The notes below the pieces were generated by a model. The model had not been told where the DNA came from. It saw nothing but the letters and a program-made list of their open reading frames with translations, and ran no database searches. 64,000 nt of DNA from a virus (lineage: Duplodnaviria; Caudoviricetes): the IMG/VR virus record IMGVR_UViG_3300038345_000144, one strand, 5' to 3'. Of the stretch, positions 34,732 through 43,196 are shown piece after piece. Made by a program: the position numbers and the translations under genes. How positions within the stretch are numbered: the first letter of the stretch is position 1; each line of letters starts with the position of its first letter.

Positions 34732-35961
34732 TTATCCTTCGAGGTCAATAGTTTGATTTGATTTCTTCCTATTTTTAACTAAAAAGATACAAAGTAAGAG
34801 TGAAACTACATAAAGTACCGTAGCCACAGATACTATCAATAAGTAATTGTCATTAGACGCTTTAAGCAGTAACTCGGAGGTATTGTTACCTGTAATACCC
34901 GCAACTGCCCACGCTGACAGGGTGATACCGTGAATTTTTGAGATATTCTTCATACCAAAGCGGGACTCAAGGAGTGCAGGTAGCGTGGAGAAACCACCAC
35001 CGTAGCCCAAATTAACAATCATTAACAGGGCAATAATCAGGAACCCGTCATAGCCCGCAATACCCGTAACCATACAGATTACAATGCAAGATATGAAGAT
35101 AATCAGGTAAACCGTGCTTCTATCCTTCATCTTATCAGACACCGTAGAGTAGCCGATACGACCAAGAGCGTTACATACAGCAGTTACCGACGGTACTACA
35201 CTGATAATGGTAGCCAAGATTGCCATTCCTGCAAAAGTAGTGTTCAAAAACTGCTTCTCATAGGTAATAAGCATCAGACCGCAGTGAATATTCAGGTAGA
35301 AAATGAGCCAAATACCAATGAAGGTCTTGTTCTTAAACAGGGACTTAACCTGAAATTCGTTATTTGTAGCCTTATTTTCGACCCAACCTTCAGGCTTTTT
35401 CAGGAGAAGGTGTCCAGCGAACATCATTATGAAGTAAATACCGCCTAAAATTATAAACATAGCGGAAATACCTACCGTATTCTGGAGATATTCCATTATA
35501 GGAGTAGCAATAGCCTTTGCCAGACCAAATCCCATAATAGAAATGCCCGTTGCCAAGCCCTTATTGTCCTTAAACCATAACATCAAGGTCTTAACAGGGG
35601 TTAAATAACCAATTCCCAGACCAATTCCCATAATACAGCCGTAACAGATATACAGCAAAATCAGGGCTAACGGTCCAGTGCAAAATTTTATAGTAAGTCC
35701 AGTACCAATCATACCTGTTGTGAAGCAAATCGCTGAAATCAACGAGGATTTATGGATGTTTAACTCCACCAATTTGCCCGCAAAGGCGGCAGACATTCCC
35801 AAGAAGAATATTGCCAGTGAAAACGCCCAACCAACAGCAAACGGGGACATCCCTATCGCTGTGGCGATACTCTGCTTAAAGGTACTCCAGCAATAAACCG
35901 TTCCGATTGAACAGTGAATGAGCAACGCTGGAATTGCCGACCTAATCCATTTTTCCATCAA
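34732..35961 (-). CDS. MFS transporter, OFA (oxalate/formate antiporter) family
   Basis: 12 TM pattern; IGTVYCWS, GIGYLTPVKT...WF...KGLATG, YGGGFSTLPA. Confidence 0.9.
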   Translation of the reverse strand: MMEKWIRSAIPALLIHCSIGTVYCWSTFKQSIATAIGMSPFAVGWAFSLAIFFLGMSAAFAGKLVELNIHKSSLISAICFTTGMIGTGLTIKFCTGPLALILLYICYGCIMGIGLGIGYLTPVKTLMLWFKDNKGLATGISIMGFGLAKAIATPIMEYLQNTVGISAMFIILGGIYFIMMFAGHLLLKKPEGWVENKATNNEFQVKSLFKNKTFIGIWLIFYLNIHCGLMLITYEKQFLNTTFAGMAILATIISVVPSVTAVCNALGRIGYSTVSDKMKDRSTVYLIIFISCIVICMVTGIAGYDGFLIIALLMIVNLGYGGGFSTLPALLESRFGMKNISKIHGITLSAWAVAGITGNNTSELLLKASNDNYLLIVSVATVLYVVSLLLCIFLVKNRKKSNQTIDLEG

Positions 35962-36422
35962 TCTGCCTCCACTTCTACACCGTTAACTATAATTTTTATC
36001 TCTGAAAAGCCCTCTTCAATGGACGGGTTCTCAAATCTACGAGCAAATTTCTGGATAACTTCCCTACCAACCTTACGGTCACGGAGGTCCTCGTTAGAGA
36101 TACATCTCTCCGTAGGGGTAGCCATTACAACGCCAATAATCTTGGCATTATACTTCTTTCCCAGTGAAATTGCCCTCGACCTGTTATCAACGGTAACATT
36201 TGTGGCGTTAAACCACACATTTTTACCCTCCGAGAGAGCCTTTTCTACTCTTTCATACAACATCTGGAAGACTAATTTATTCTTTGTCTGGTCATTTACA
36301 TCTCCCAGTTCCTCTCTGATACCATCGGAGGAACAAACAACATCGCCGTCCTGCTGGTGAGTGCCAATATACCAGTCTTTGCCACTACCAGGTACGCCAA
36401 TCATAATATACAGGTTTCCCAC
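35958..36422 (-). CDS. Stand-alone AAA_33/Pnk-like kinase, paralog of 31353..32231 N-terminus
   Basis: GVPGSGK, SSDGIREELGDVNDQ, WFNATN. Confidence 0.85.
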   Translation of the reverse strand: MGNLYIMIGVPGSGKDWYIGTHQQDGDVVCSSDGIREELGDVNDQTKNKLVFQMLYERVEKALSEGKNVWFNATNVTVDNRSRAISLGKKYNAKIIGVVMATPTERCISNEDLRDRKVGREVIQKFARRFENPSIEEGFSEIKIIVNGVEVEAD

Positions 36423-36426
36423 ATAC

Positions 36427-36831
36427 TTACCTCGCTTTTTTAATTGCTAAAATACCATCATCAATCATAGATGTTAACCAACGGATTGTATTTACCTGAA
36501 CATTCAGGTCCATCCAGTTCTCGATTTCCTTCATATCGTAGAACTTTTCAAACTCGTAGCCACACATTCCACCATAACAAGTGAAATGGAAGTCTACTTT
36601 GTTGTCATCTTCCCTGAAACCTATCCAGAATTCATCTTCATCATTGAAATTTTTATTAGAATTAGGCTCCTGACAGCCTTCCAGATGGCAATACCAGGTT
36701 CCGTTGGTCATAGCCTCGTTTTGCCAAGTCTTTTCTTTCAATCTCTCCCAATCCATTATAACCAATTTCGTGATTGATTTGGGAGTTAATTTGTATTTAT
36801 TAGGGTACTGTGTAAATAATTTTGTATTCAT
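36427..36831 (-). CDS. Hypothetical protein
   Basis: AAAGGA RBS. Confidence 0.6.
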   Translation of the reverse strand: MNTKLFTQYPNKYKLTPKSITKLVIMDWERLKEKTWQNEAMTNGTWYCHLEGCQEPNSNKNFNDEDEFWIGFREDDNKVDFHFTCYGGMCGYEFEKFYDMKEIENWMDLNVQVNTIRWLTSMIDDGILAIKKAR

Positions 36832-36846
36832 AGAAATATTCCTTTC

Positions 36847-37233
36847 TTACTCTAACGGTTCTGCTATACAAACTCTTTCTTTGCCATTGGGCATAGTGAG
36901 ATATGTCCAGTATTTAGGGGTTGCACCTTTCCTGAAACGGAGCAACCTTTCTTCATTATTGTCGTCAAAGATATACCAGCCGTCCTCTTCTACCTCGTAA
37001 GTAGCGTCGTACAAATCAGCGAGGGCTAACATCAAGTTAGTAACAGGGCTTTTTGGTAAATCATTGGAGATGTCCCTCTCTACATTGAGTAAAGTACCCT
37101 TTTTCAGGTAGTACAGGTAGGGAGCAATATCCTCAAACCCGTCTACATCATAAAGTCCCATCACCTCTCTGTTTTCTTCAGGGAGTTCCTCGGAGGTTAA
37201 ATGCCACTGCATCATAACAACATTCTTCATCAT
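36847..37233 (-). CDS. Hypothetical protein
   Basis: AAAGGA RBS. Confidence 0.6.
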   Translation of the reverse strand: MMKNVVMMQWHLTSEELPEENREVMGLYDVDGFEDIAPYLYYLKKGTLLNVERDISNDLPKSPVTNLMLALADLYDATYEVEEDGWYIFDDNNEERLLRFRKGATPKYWTYLTMPNGKERVCIAEPLE

Positions 37234-37320
37234 TGTTCGTAAGTTCCTTTCATTTATTTATATACATATGTAATATGAGGACAAATGTGGCATTTGTAAA
37301 CCCTCTTTTTTGTAAATTTT

Positions 37321-38139
37321 TTATTGTGCATTAGCAATCGGGTTCTTTATAGTTATATAATAACTAATCGAAACATCGTGATAGTAATGATAGAATGTTC
37401 TTCTCTTTATTTTAGTAACCGTAAGCCCATATTCAGTCAGTCTATCCTTAATCTTCTCCATAATATGATGTTGTTTAAGCCATCTTTTCAGGGAACTCGT
37501 AGACGCATAAAACATTGGACAGTCGGTTTTACTGCCTCCGTAACCACGCCTAAAAGCCAAATAAAAGTCATTAGGGCATTGTCCATAATCCTTAAAATTA
37601 ACAGGACAAACCCAAAATTTGCTGTGCTTTAATAGGTCTAACCACTCAAAATCACCATTACGGTTTAATCTACGGTTATTGTCCCACTTATCAAACTCAT
37701 ACATTACCCCATTAAATACTAATTTTTCAGTAACCGTGTCATTATAGGGAAGTTCTAATTCTCGAACTGCTCGTCCACCAACTCCAGATACCTGAAATAA
37801 ATGGATAAATTGTTTTGTACCCATTCCTGCATTGTCCATAATTTTAGGAGCATCGCATCGAACCTCCAGTTCCCAGAGGGGCTTATTTGCAATTTTAGAA
37901 GAAGAGGCACACTGTTTCATTAGGTTATCTAACGCCTCATCAGTTATCTGTTCAAGAATAAACTCTTCATATCCCTCAAACGCCAGATTATCGAGGTCCG
38001 TGAAAAACTTATCAATATCTGCTTTGATTTTTTCCTGCTCTGCTATCTTACGAGCCTGCTTTTCATCTCTTTTCTGCTGGGCTTCATCTCTAACCTGTAT
38101 TAACTCATTTGTTTTAATCATATAAATATACCTCTCCAT
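37321..38139 (-). CDS. Hypothetical protein
   Basis: 272-aa ORF. Confidence 0.65.
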   Translation of the reverse strand: MERYIYMIKTNELIQVRDEAQQKRDEKQARKIAEQEKIKADIDKFFTDLDNLAFEGYEEFILEQITDEALDNLMKQCASSSKIANKPLWELEVRCDAPKIMDNAGMGTKQFIHLFQVSGVGGRAVRELELPYNDTVTEKLVFNGVMYEFDKWDNNRRLNRNGDFEWLDLLKHSKFWVCPVNFKDYGQCPNDFYLAFRRGYGGSKTDCPMFYASTSSLKRWLKQHHIMEKIKDRLTEYGLTVTKIKRRTFYHYYHDVSISYYITIKNPIANAQ

Positions 38140-38203
38140 TATAATAGGGTAGTTCTGATTATATCAAATCTACCCTATATATGTAAATGGTTATAATTAT
38201 CAA

Positions 38204-38680
38204 TCAACTTTTCAATTTTTCGACGATGCTTTCCAACTTTCTATTGAAGTGGTCCTTTGTGCAGGTCTGATATTCTTCATAAAACTGCTTAAGCGGGTCA
38301 TCATAATTAACCGCCCTACTAAATAGGGTAGTTTTATCAATAGTATCATCTTCTAAAACAACAACTGGGATTTGATACGGATTAAATTCAAAGCCCACGG
38401 AGAACATTTGCTCCTGTGGGACATCTATTACCTTATAAACAGTACCTTTACTGATTACGCAGGCTCCAACTAAAACCTTCAGTTTTTCCTGCTGTTCTGC
38501 CATTAACTGTTTTTCTAAATGAAAACGCTCGTTTCTTAAATCCTGTATCTGCTCATCAATTTCGTCAATTCTATCTTCTGTATTCATTAAATTACTCTCC
38601 AAATACATATTCAGCAATCTGTCTACGCTCACATTCGGCAATAAATTCATCTTCCGAACTGGCTGAAAATCCTGTTTCAC
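38204..38680 (-). CDS. Hypothetical protein (start probably MNTED)
   Basis: GGAG before MNTED. Confidence 0.55.
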   Translation of the reverse strand: MKQDFQPVRKMNLLPNVSVDRLLNMYLESNLMNTEDRIDEIDEQIQDLRNERFHLEKQLMAEQQEKLKVLVGACVISKGTVYKVIDVPQEQMFSVGFEFNPYQIPVVVLEDDTIDKTTLFSRAVNYDDPLKQFYEEYQTCTKDHFNRKLESIVEKLKS

Positions 38681-38975
38681 AGCGATTTCCCTTAATATCT
38701 TTATAAAACTGACTGAATGTGTATAGTCTTTTCTTATTTTTCAGGTATTCTACCTTAATAATCACGGATTTATATGATGGGAACTTATAAGTGATACGAC
38801 CCACGCAGGCGGGATTATCATTTTTATCTTCTTCCTCATCTATTTCTTCCTGATTTTCCTCATCATCATCTTCGTCATCATAAGCGGGTTTGATGTATTC
38901 GTTTTTAGAACGGGACTTCGCCCAAACAATATCCTTCTCTTTAAGCCAATTTTCAATCTTAAGAGGTCTTATCAT
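38592..38975 (-). CDS. Hypothetical protein with acidic tract
   Basis: AAAGGA RBS. Confidence 0.6.
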   Translation of the reverse strand: MIRPLKIENWLKEKDIVWAKSRSKNEYIKPAYDDEDDDEENQEEIDEEEDKNDNPACVGRITYKFPSYKSVIIKVEYLKNKKRLYTFSQFYKDIKGNRCETGFSASSEDEFIAECERRQIAEYVFGE

Positions 38976-39136
38976 AGACTTTCCTTTCTTTGGTTACTCG
39001 CTCTCTTTTTTCAGTGTAGCATATCCTGGTCAAATTGTAAATAAAAAAATCAACTAACTCGGAAAAACTTGTTTATATCATATTACTTAAACAAGTTCAA
39101 GGCAAGTATTACCCAGAAGTTTTAGTCAAAAAATGA

Positions 39137-39167
39137 TATAGGCACGGGGAGAACTTCCGTGCCTATA
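39137..39167 (-). terminator. Intrinsic terminator of the large ncRNA
   Basis: TATAGGCACGG/CCGTGCCTATA hairpin then TCATTTTTT. Confidence 0.75.
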
Positions 39168-39191
39168 CCTATTGAGAGGAGAATACTGTAC

Positions 39192-39793
39192 GATTTGTAC
39201 CTTGAAAACTATATATAAAGAACGAGCCTTCGCTCTACCCGACTATATCTTCACTGTTATTAGGTCACATACGAAGTACAGGCTGTGCAACAGGGAGCTA
39301 CCCTATTACATCTGTACCCCACCTTGCGGTCAAGGTATGGGGGGAGTGCTTACCCCCACCTTTCAGGGACCATTCAGCAATTTCCTAAAGATACATTCGT
39401 AAATGTAAGAAGTTGCCCTTACCCTACTCGGAAAGTTCGCAAGTGTTATATCAGCATTTCTGCTGTTTCACGGCAAATCCCCTTATTGATATTCCCAAAG
39501 GTGTCAAACAGTCATCGGCTAATCGTCCTTTTTGGGTTCTTCTAACCTTTCGGGTTAGCGTCTATTACGGAGACCACTCGCTCTCTACCCTACAATGCAA
39601 TATAGTGAGTGCCATACCTTTTACTTATGACCTTTTGAGTCTTCACCTAACCCATCGCTGAATTAGGTGCGGACCACCTTTACTGGCTATCGTCAGTATC
39701 AGTGCCGAGCACTTTTCGGTATGCCTCGACGAAGGTGGTCAACCCCCGTCTGCATCGAGTTGTAAATTATATACAGATTTCAAGGTGCAAATC
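39192..39793 (-). ncRNA. ~600-nt structured ncRNA (ROOL/GOLLD-class candidate)
   Basis: Own promoter and terminator, 16-bp terminal stem, GNRA/UACG hairpins, no credible ORF. Confidence 0.7.
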
Positions 39794-39828
39794 TTCAAAT
39801 CGAGGTTGTGCCTCAATTCGATAATGGT

Positions 39829-39857
39829 ATCTTAACACAACACTTTTACCTTGTAAA
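39829..39857 (-). promoter_or_regulatory. Promoter of the large ncRNA
   Basis: TTTACA-17 nt-TAAGAT with extended TG. Confidence 0.7.
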
Positions 39858-39931
39858 GTGTTTTTTGAAAATTTTTTCAAATTTTTTTCAAAAAATCCCC
39901 CATAGCCTAAAAACTACGGGGGAGAAATTGT

Positions 39932-40486
39932 TTAATCAGTTTTAATTAAAGCCTGAACATCGGCAAGTTCTGTATTTATATAATACCTATAAAAGAACTG
40001 GGTATCATAAGCATTATAGATGTCTCTGGTATAATTTGTGTCCTGATGTTCGCAGTCAGGGCATCCAATCCACGAAATCTCTAAAACATATACATTTCCG
40101 TCATTCGGGAAGATGTCCGACAACTTATATCTTTGACCATTCAGGTTCGCAATATCATATTCGCAGTAGTCATCAAAAGCACTTCCAAGAGGGGTACTGA
40201 CTATGTAATTGTACTGGGCAGTGAATTCCTCAACAGGAATATCTCCTCTTATAAGTCCCAAAACCTTACCTTGTGTGCAAATCAGGTATGAGGGAACCCA
40301 GTTGAGTCCGACACCATCTTCGTTCATCATCCATAAGTCAAAGTCTGACTTGTTTTTAGGATTATCACACACAAAAACGTGAGATTGCACCATTTCGTGA
40401 TGAGGTTCGTAGGTGTTTGGTCTGCCACACGAACATAGCCCGACCACTATTGCCAATGTTAAAAATAATGCTGTTATCTTTCTCAT
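39932..40486 (-). CDS. Lipoprotein with thioredoxin-like CxxC
   Basis: LCSC lipobox; WIGCPDC. Confidence 0.65.
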   Translation of the reverse strand: MRKITALFLTLAIVVGLCSCGRPNTYEPHHEMVQSHVFVCDNPKNKSDFDLWMMNEDGVGLNWVPSYLICTQGKVLGLIRGDIPVEEFTAQYNYIVSTPLGSAFDDYCEYDIANLNGQRYKLSDIFPNDGNVYVLEISWIGCPDCEHQDTNYTRDIYNAYDTQFFYRYYINTELADVQALIKTD

Positions 40487-41544
40487 AAGTTGTCCTCTTC
40501 GGTGGAGATAATCTCCATAATGTCCTCGGAGTCTATTCTCAAGAAGGAGGTCTTACCATCTGGGCAGTTACCATAATAGAGGGTAAACTCATCGTCCTTT
40601 ACAAACAGCATCCTGCTTAAAAGAGCAACAGATACCTGATAGGTAAACGGCTCGCAAGCCTCCGAACTAATCTTATAAATAAACTCTGAATTATCAACCT
40701 TTAAGAATACACCCTTATCGGAGAATACCAGTCTGGGTTCATAGTTGAACAACTTACTGGCGTTAACAGCCTGCATAAATGTATTCTTTGAAATCTTTAC
40801 GGTATGTTCAGGTCCACTCTGGAACAAATCAGCAAAATCATCATACTGATAGTTGTCCATTTCCTCGGTGTGAGCATAAGCACGATAAGTTAACTTATCA
40901 GTAGTAACGACAATCTTCTTACGCTTGTCCTTTGACTTGACATCTACCTTACCCTTGCCAATCTTGTTGAGTATCTCAACTGTTCTGACATCGAGGATAA
41001 TTCTTTCACTAAAGAAAAACTTTGCAATAAGGGCTACATTATCAGTATCGGTAGCCATAATGCCTCTGGGTCCAAAATAGATGTACTTATAGCACTCTTC
41101 TACAAAGTCCTTTTTAATAACCGCCTTACAAACAGGCAGAACTGTTGCAATATTACTAAAATCTATCTCATCACCAGTAGCATCCTGCGGATGAGGCATA
41201 CCTTTACCACTCTGGATAGGATAAATAGGCAACTTACACTTCATAATAGCCGACTTAATCCCAAGTGACTTATCATTCATTGTAAGTTCAATAGCACCTT
41301 CGCCACAAGACTTAATTATGCTGTAAAAGTTCTCAAAGTTAATGAGGCAATCAAAAGACTCATCACACTCTGCAATCTTTACCTTCATATTATGAACTGT
41401 TGACCAAGTATAGCCATAAAGATAACCGTCCTCGGTAATCAACTGAAGTAATGAAGCAAGGGGCTTACTAATTCCCTCTGTCTTTGAGGTTGCCAATCCT
41501 AAAAGTCCAAGACATTCTTTTAATGTTGTTGCGTCTGTTGTCAT
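40483..41544 (-). CDS. DNA sliding clamp (beta-clamp-like)
   Basis: 353 aa; IMATD motif; next to polymerase and clamp loader. Confidence 0.65.
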   Translation of the reverse strand: MTTDATTLKECLGLLGLATSKTEGISKPLASLLQLITEDGYLYGYTWSTVHNMKVKIAECDESFDCLINFENFYSIIKSCGEGAIELTMNDKSLGIKSAIMKCKLPIYPIQSGKGMPHPQDATGDEIDFSNIATVLPVCKAVIKKDFVEECYKYIYFGPRGIMATDTDNVALIAKFFFSERIILDVRTVEILNKIGKGKVDVKSKDKRKKIVVTTDKLTYRAYAHTEEMDNYQYDDFADLFQSGPEHTVKISKNTFMQAVNASKLFNYEPRLVFSDKGVFLKVDNSEFIYKISSEACEPFTYQVSVALLSRMLFVKDDEFTLYYGNCPDGKTSFLRIDSEDIMEIISTEEDNL

Positions 41545-41554
41545 TTTGTACTCC

Positions 41555-41806
41555 TTATTGTATGTTTATGTCTTGTATAAATAACTTAAGTAACATCTCA
41601 CCAAACGACTTGTCAGTGTTGCTGTCCATACACTCGGTATCGGCGTACCACTTTCCGCTTTCCGTATCTTTATAGATAACATATTCGCCAAATCCGATGT
41701 TTGCTGACCAGTAGATAGTGAAGCCTTCGACGTTTTGTTCTTCATTCTTAAAAACTGATACCTCATCTATTTGTAAGTTTTCAATTTTTAATCTTCGCTC
41801 GGACAT
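41555..41806 (-). CDS. Hypothetical phage protein
   Basis: WSANIGFGE; coupled to dUTPase. Confidence 0.6.
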   Translation of the reverse strand: MSERRLKIENLQIDEVSVFKNEEQNVEGFTIYWSANIGFGEYVIYKDTESGKWYADTECMDSNTDKSFGEMLLKLFIQDINIQ

Positions 41807-42303
41807 TACTTAACTCCTGAACTACCAAATCCACCACCCTGTCTGTCAGACTCGATAGCAGATACATTAGAAATCTCTGTAATTGTTGCCTCTACATAAG
41901 AAGCCACTACCATCTGGGCAATTCTATCACCCTTTCTAATGATGTAAGTGCCTCTTTGGTCTGCCTTTGCTTCTGATACCTCAATCATATTTGTAGCGGT
42001 ATGTAGAGGAGAAGTGTTTTCCATAATAACACATACTTCATTACGATAACCACTATCAATCGTACCAGGGGCATTAGGAATTCTTAACGCTGTCTTCAGA
42101 GAAATTCCACTTCTGGGTCTAATCTGAACCTCTTTGCCAACAGGAATTGCCATCTTCAATCCAGTAGGGATTAACTTAACATCACCAGGGGTTAGGATAA
42201 TCTCTTCGGCTGATGATAAATCCATTCCTGCATCACCTTCGTGAGCGTAAAAAGGTAATTTAGCATCGGGTCTACACTTTTCAATCAAAATCTCTGTACT
42301 CAT
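41806..42303 (-). CDS. dut: Trimeric dUTPase
   Basis: AGMDL, RPRSG, GTIDSGYR, GDRIAQ, RQGGGFGSSG. Confidence 0.95.
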   Translation of the reverse strand: MSTEILIEKCRPDAKLPFYAHEGDAGMDLSSAEEIILTPGDVKLIPTGLKMAIPVGKEVQIRPRSGISLKTALRIPNAPGTIDSGYRNEVCVIMENTSPLHTATNMIEVSEAKADQRGTYIIRKGDRIAQMVVASYVEATITEISNVSAIESDRQGGGFGSSGVK

Positions 42304-42374
42304 TTTTTACTCCATTTAATATAAAATTACTGTAATATTATAACAAAAAATATGATTTTTGTGAAGAATTTTAC

Positions 42375-43196
42375 TTACTTTTTAGGTAGTTGATATACGC
42401 TAATCCAGTGGTAAATAGTAGCAGTTCCGCACTTATACTTTTCTGCTAATTCACCCAATGTCATAGAATTGTAATCTTTCTCAAAGACTGCCTTCTCTGG
42501 CATTTCAGTAACAGATTTCTTCGGCTTGTTCTGTCGAGGGATTTCATAATAATCCAACCACTTATAGAAAGTATTTTGAGCACAGCCTAATTCCTCAAGT
42601 ATCTGGTGAACACTCTTCTTACTATTATAGAGTTTTAAGAGTTTCTCTTTACTCGGCATCCTCTTATACTTAAAATGGACGCTATGAATTTGGTCATACA
42701 CCTCTGATAACTCATACTTCTTAATCAGTGCTTCTACAATGTCTTTTCTCTCGCCTGACTCTTTACTGATTTGCTTAACTGATAACCCTGATTTGACATA
42801 TTTAGTCAAGGTGGATTTATTCAGTTTCGTGTTTTTCAATGCACGGTCATAATTTCTATTGTGAATTCGCTCTATTCCATAAAAATCAATCCACTGCATC
42901 GCTCGTTGTCGAGTAACGCCATATGCGTCACCGATTTGCTGAAGTGTCATAAACTTTTTACAATATAAGTCTTGTAACACCTCTTTCGATGGTCTGTTTC
43001 CTTCCAACATATCTTTATACTCCTTTCGTATTGTTGGCTCTCTTTCTTTTGTATTAAACCACAGGAAGTCCCTGTAATTCGCTTTCAATATCGAGTTCTT
43101 CACCGTACCACTTGTCCGAGGAAACGACATCGCAAGTGATAGGGATAGTAAGTGTAGGCTTTGCGGCGGTCTCCATATCATTCGCAAATCTCGCAC
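42375..43196 (-). CDS. Multi-HTH DNA-binding protein (start probably MLEGN)
   Basis: Four HTH-like repeats; annotated N-terminus overlaps polA. Confidence 0.7.
   Translation of the reverse strand: MRDLRMIWRPPQSLHLLSLSLAMSFPRTSGTVKNSILKANYRDFLWFNTKEREPTIRKEYKDMLEGNRPSKEVLQDLYCKKFMTLQQIGDAYGVTRQRAMQWIDFYGIERIHNRNYDRALKNTKLNKSTLTKYVKSGLSVKQISKESGERKDIVEALIKKYELSEVYDQIHSVHFKYKRMPSKEKLLKLYNSKKSVHQILEELGCAQNTFYKWLDYYEIPRQNKPKKSVTEMPEKAVFEKDYNSMTLGELAEKYKCGTATIYHWISVYQLPKK

Noticed and set aside
39239-39253. Group I intron (AAGATATAGTC resembles the S element)
   Set aside because: No matching R/P7 GACTA partner found, no interrupted gene, and the RNA has its own promoter and terminator; should still be checked by cmscan.
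39172-39661. Plus-strand ORFs of 76-86 aa
   Set aside because: Mutually overlapping, implausible composition, antisense to the structured RNA.
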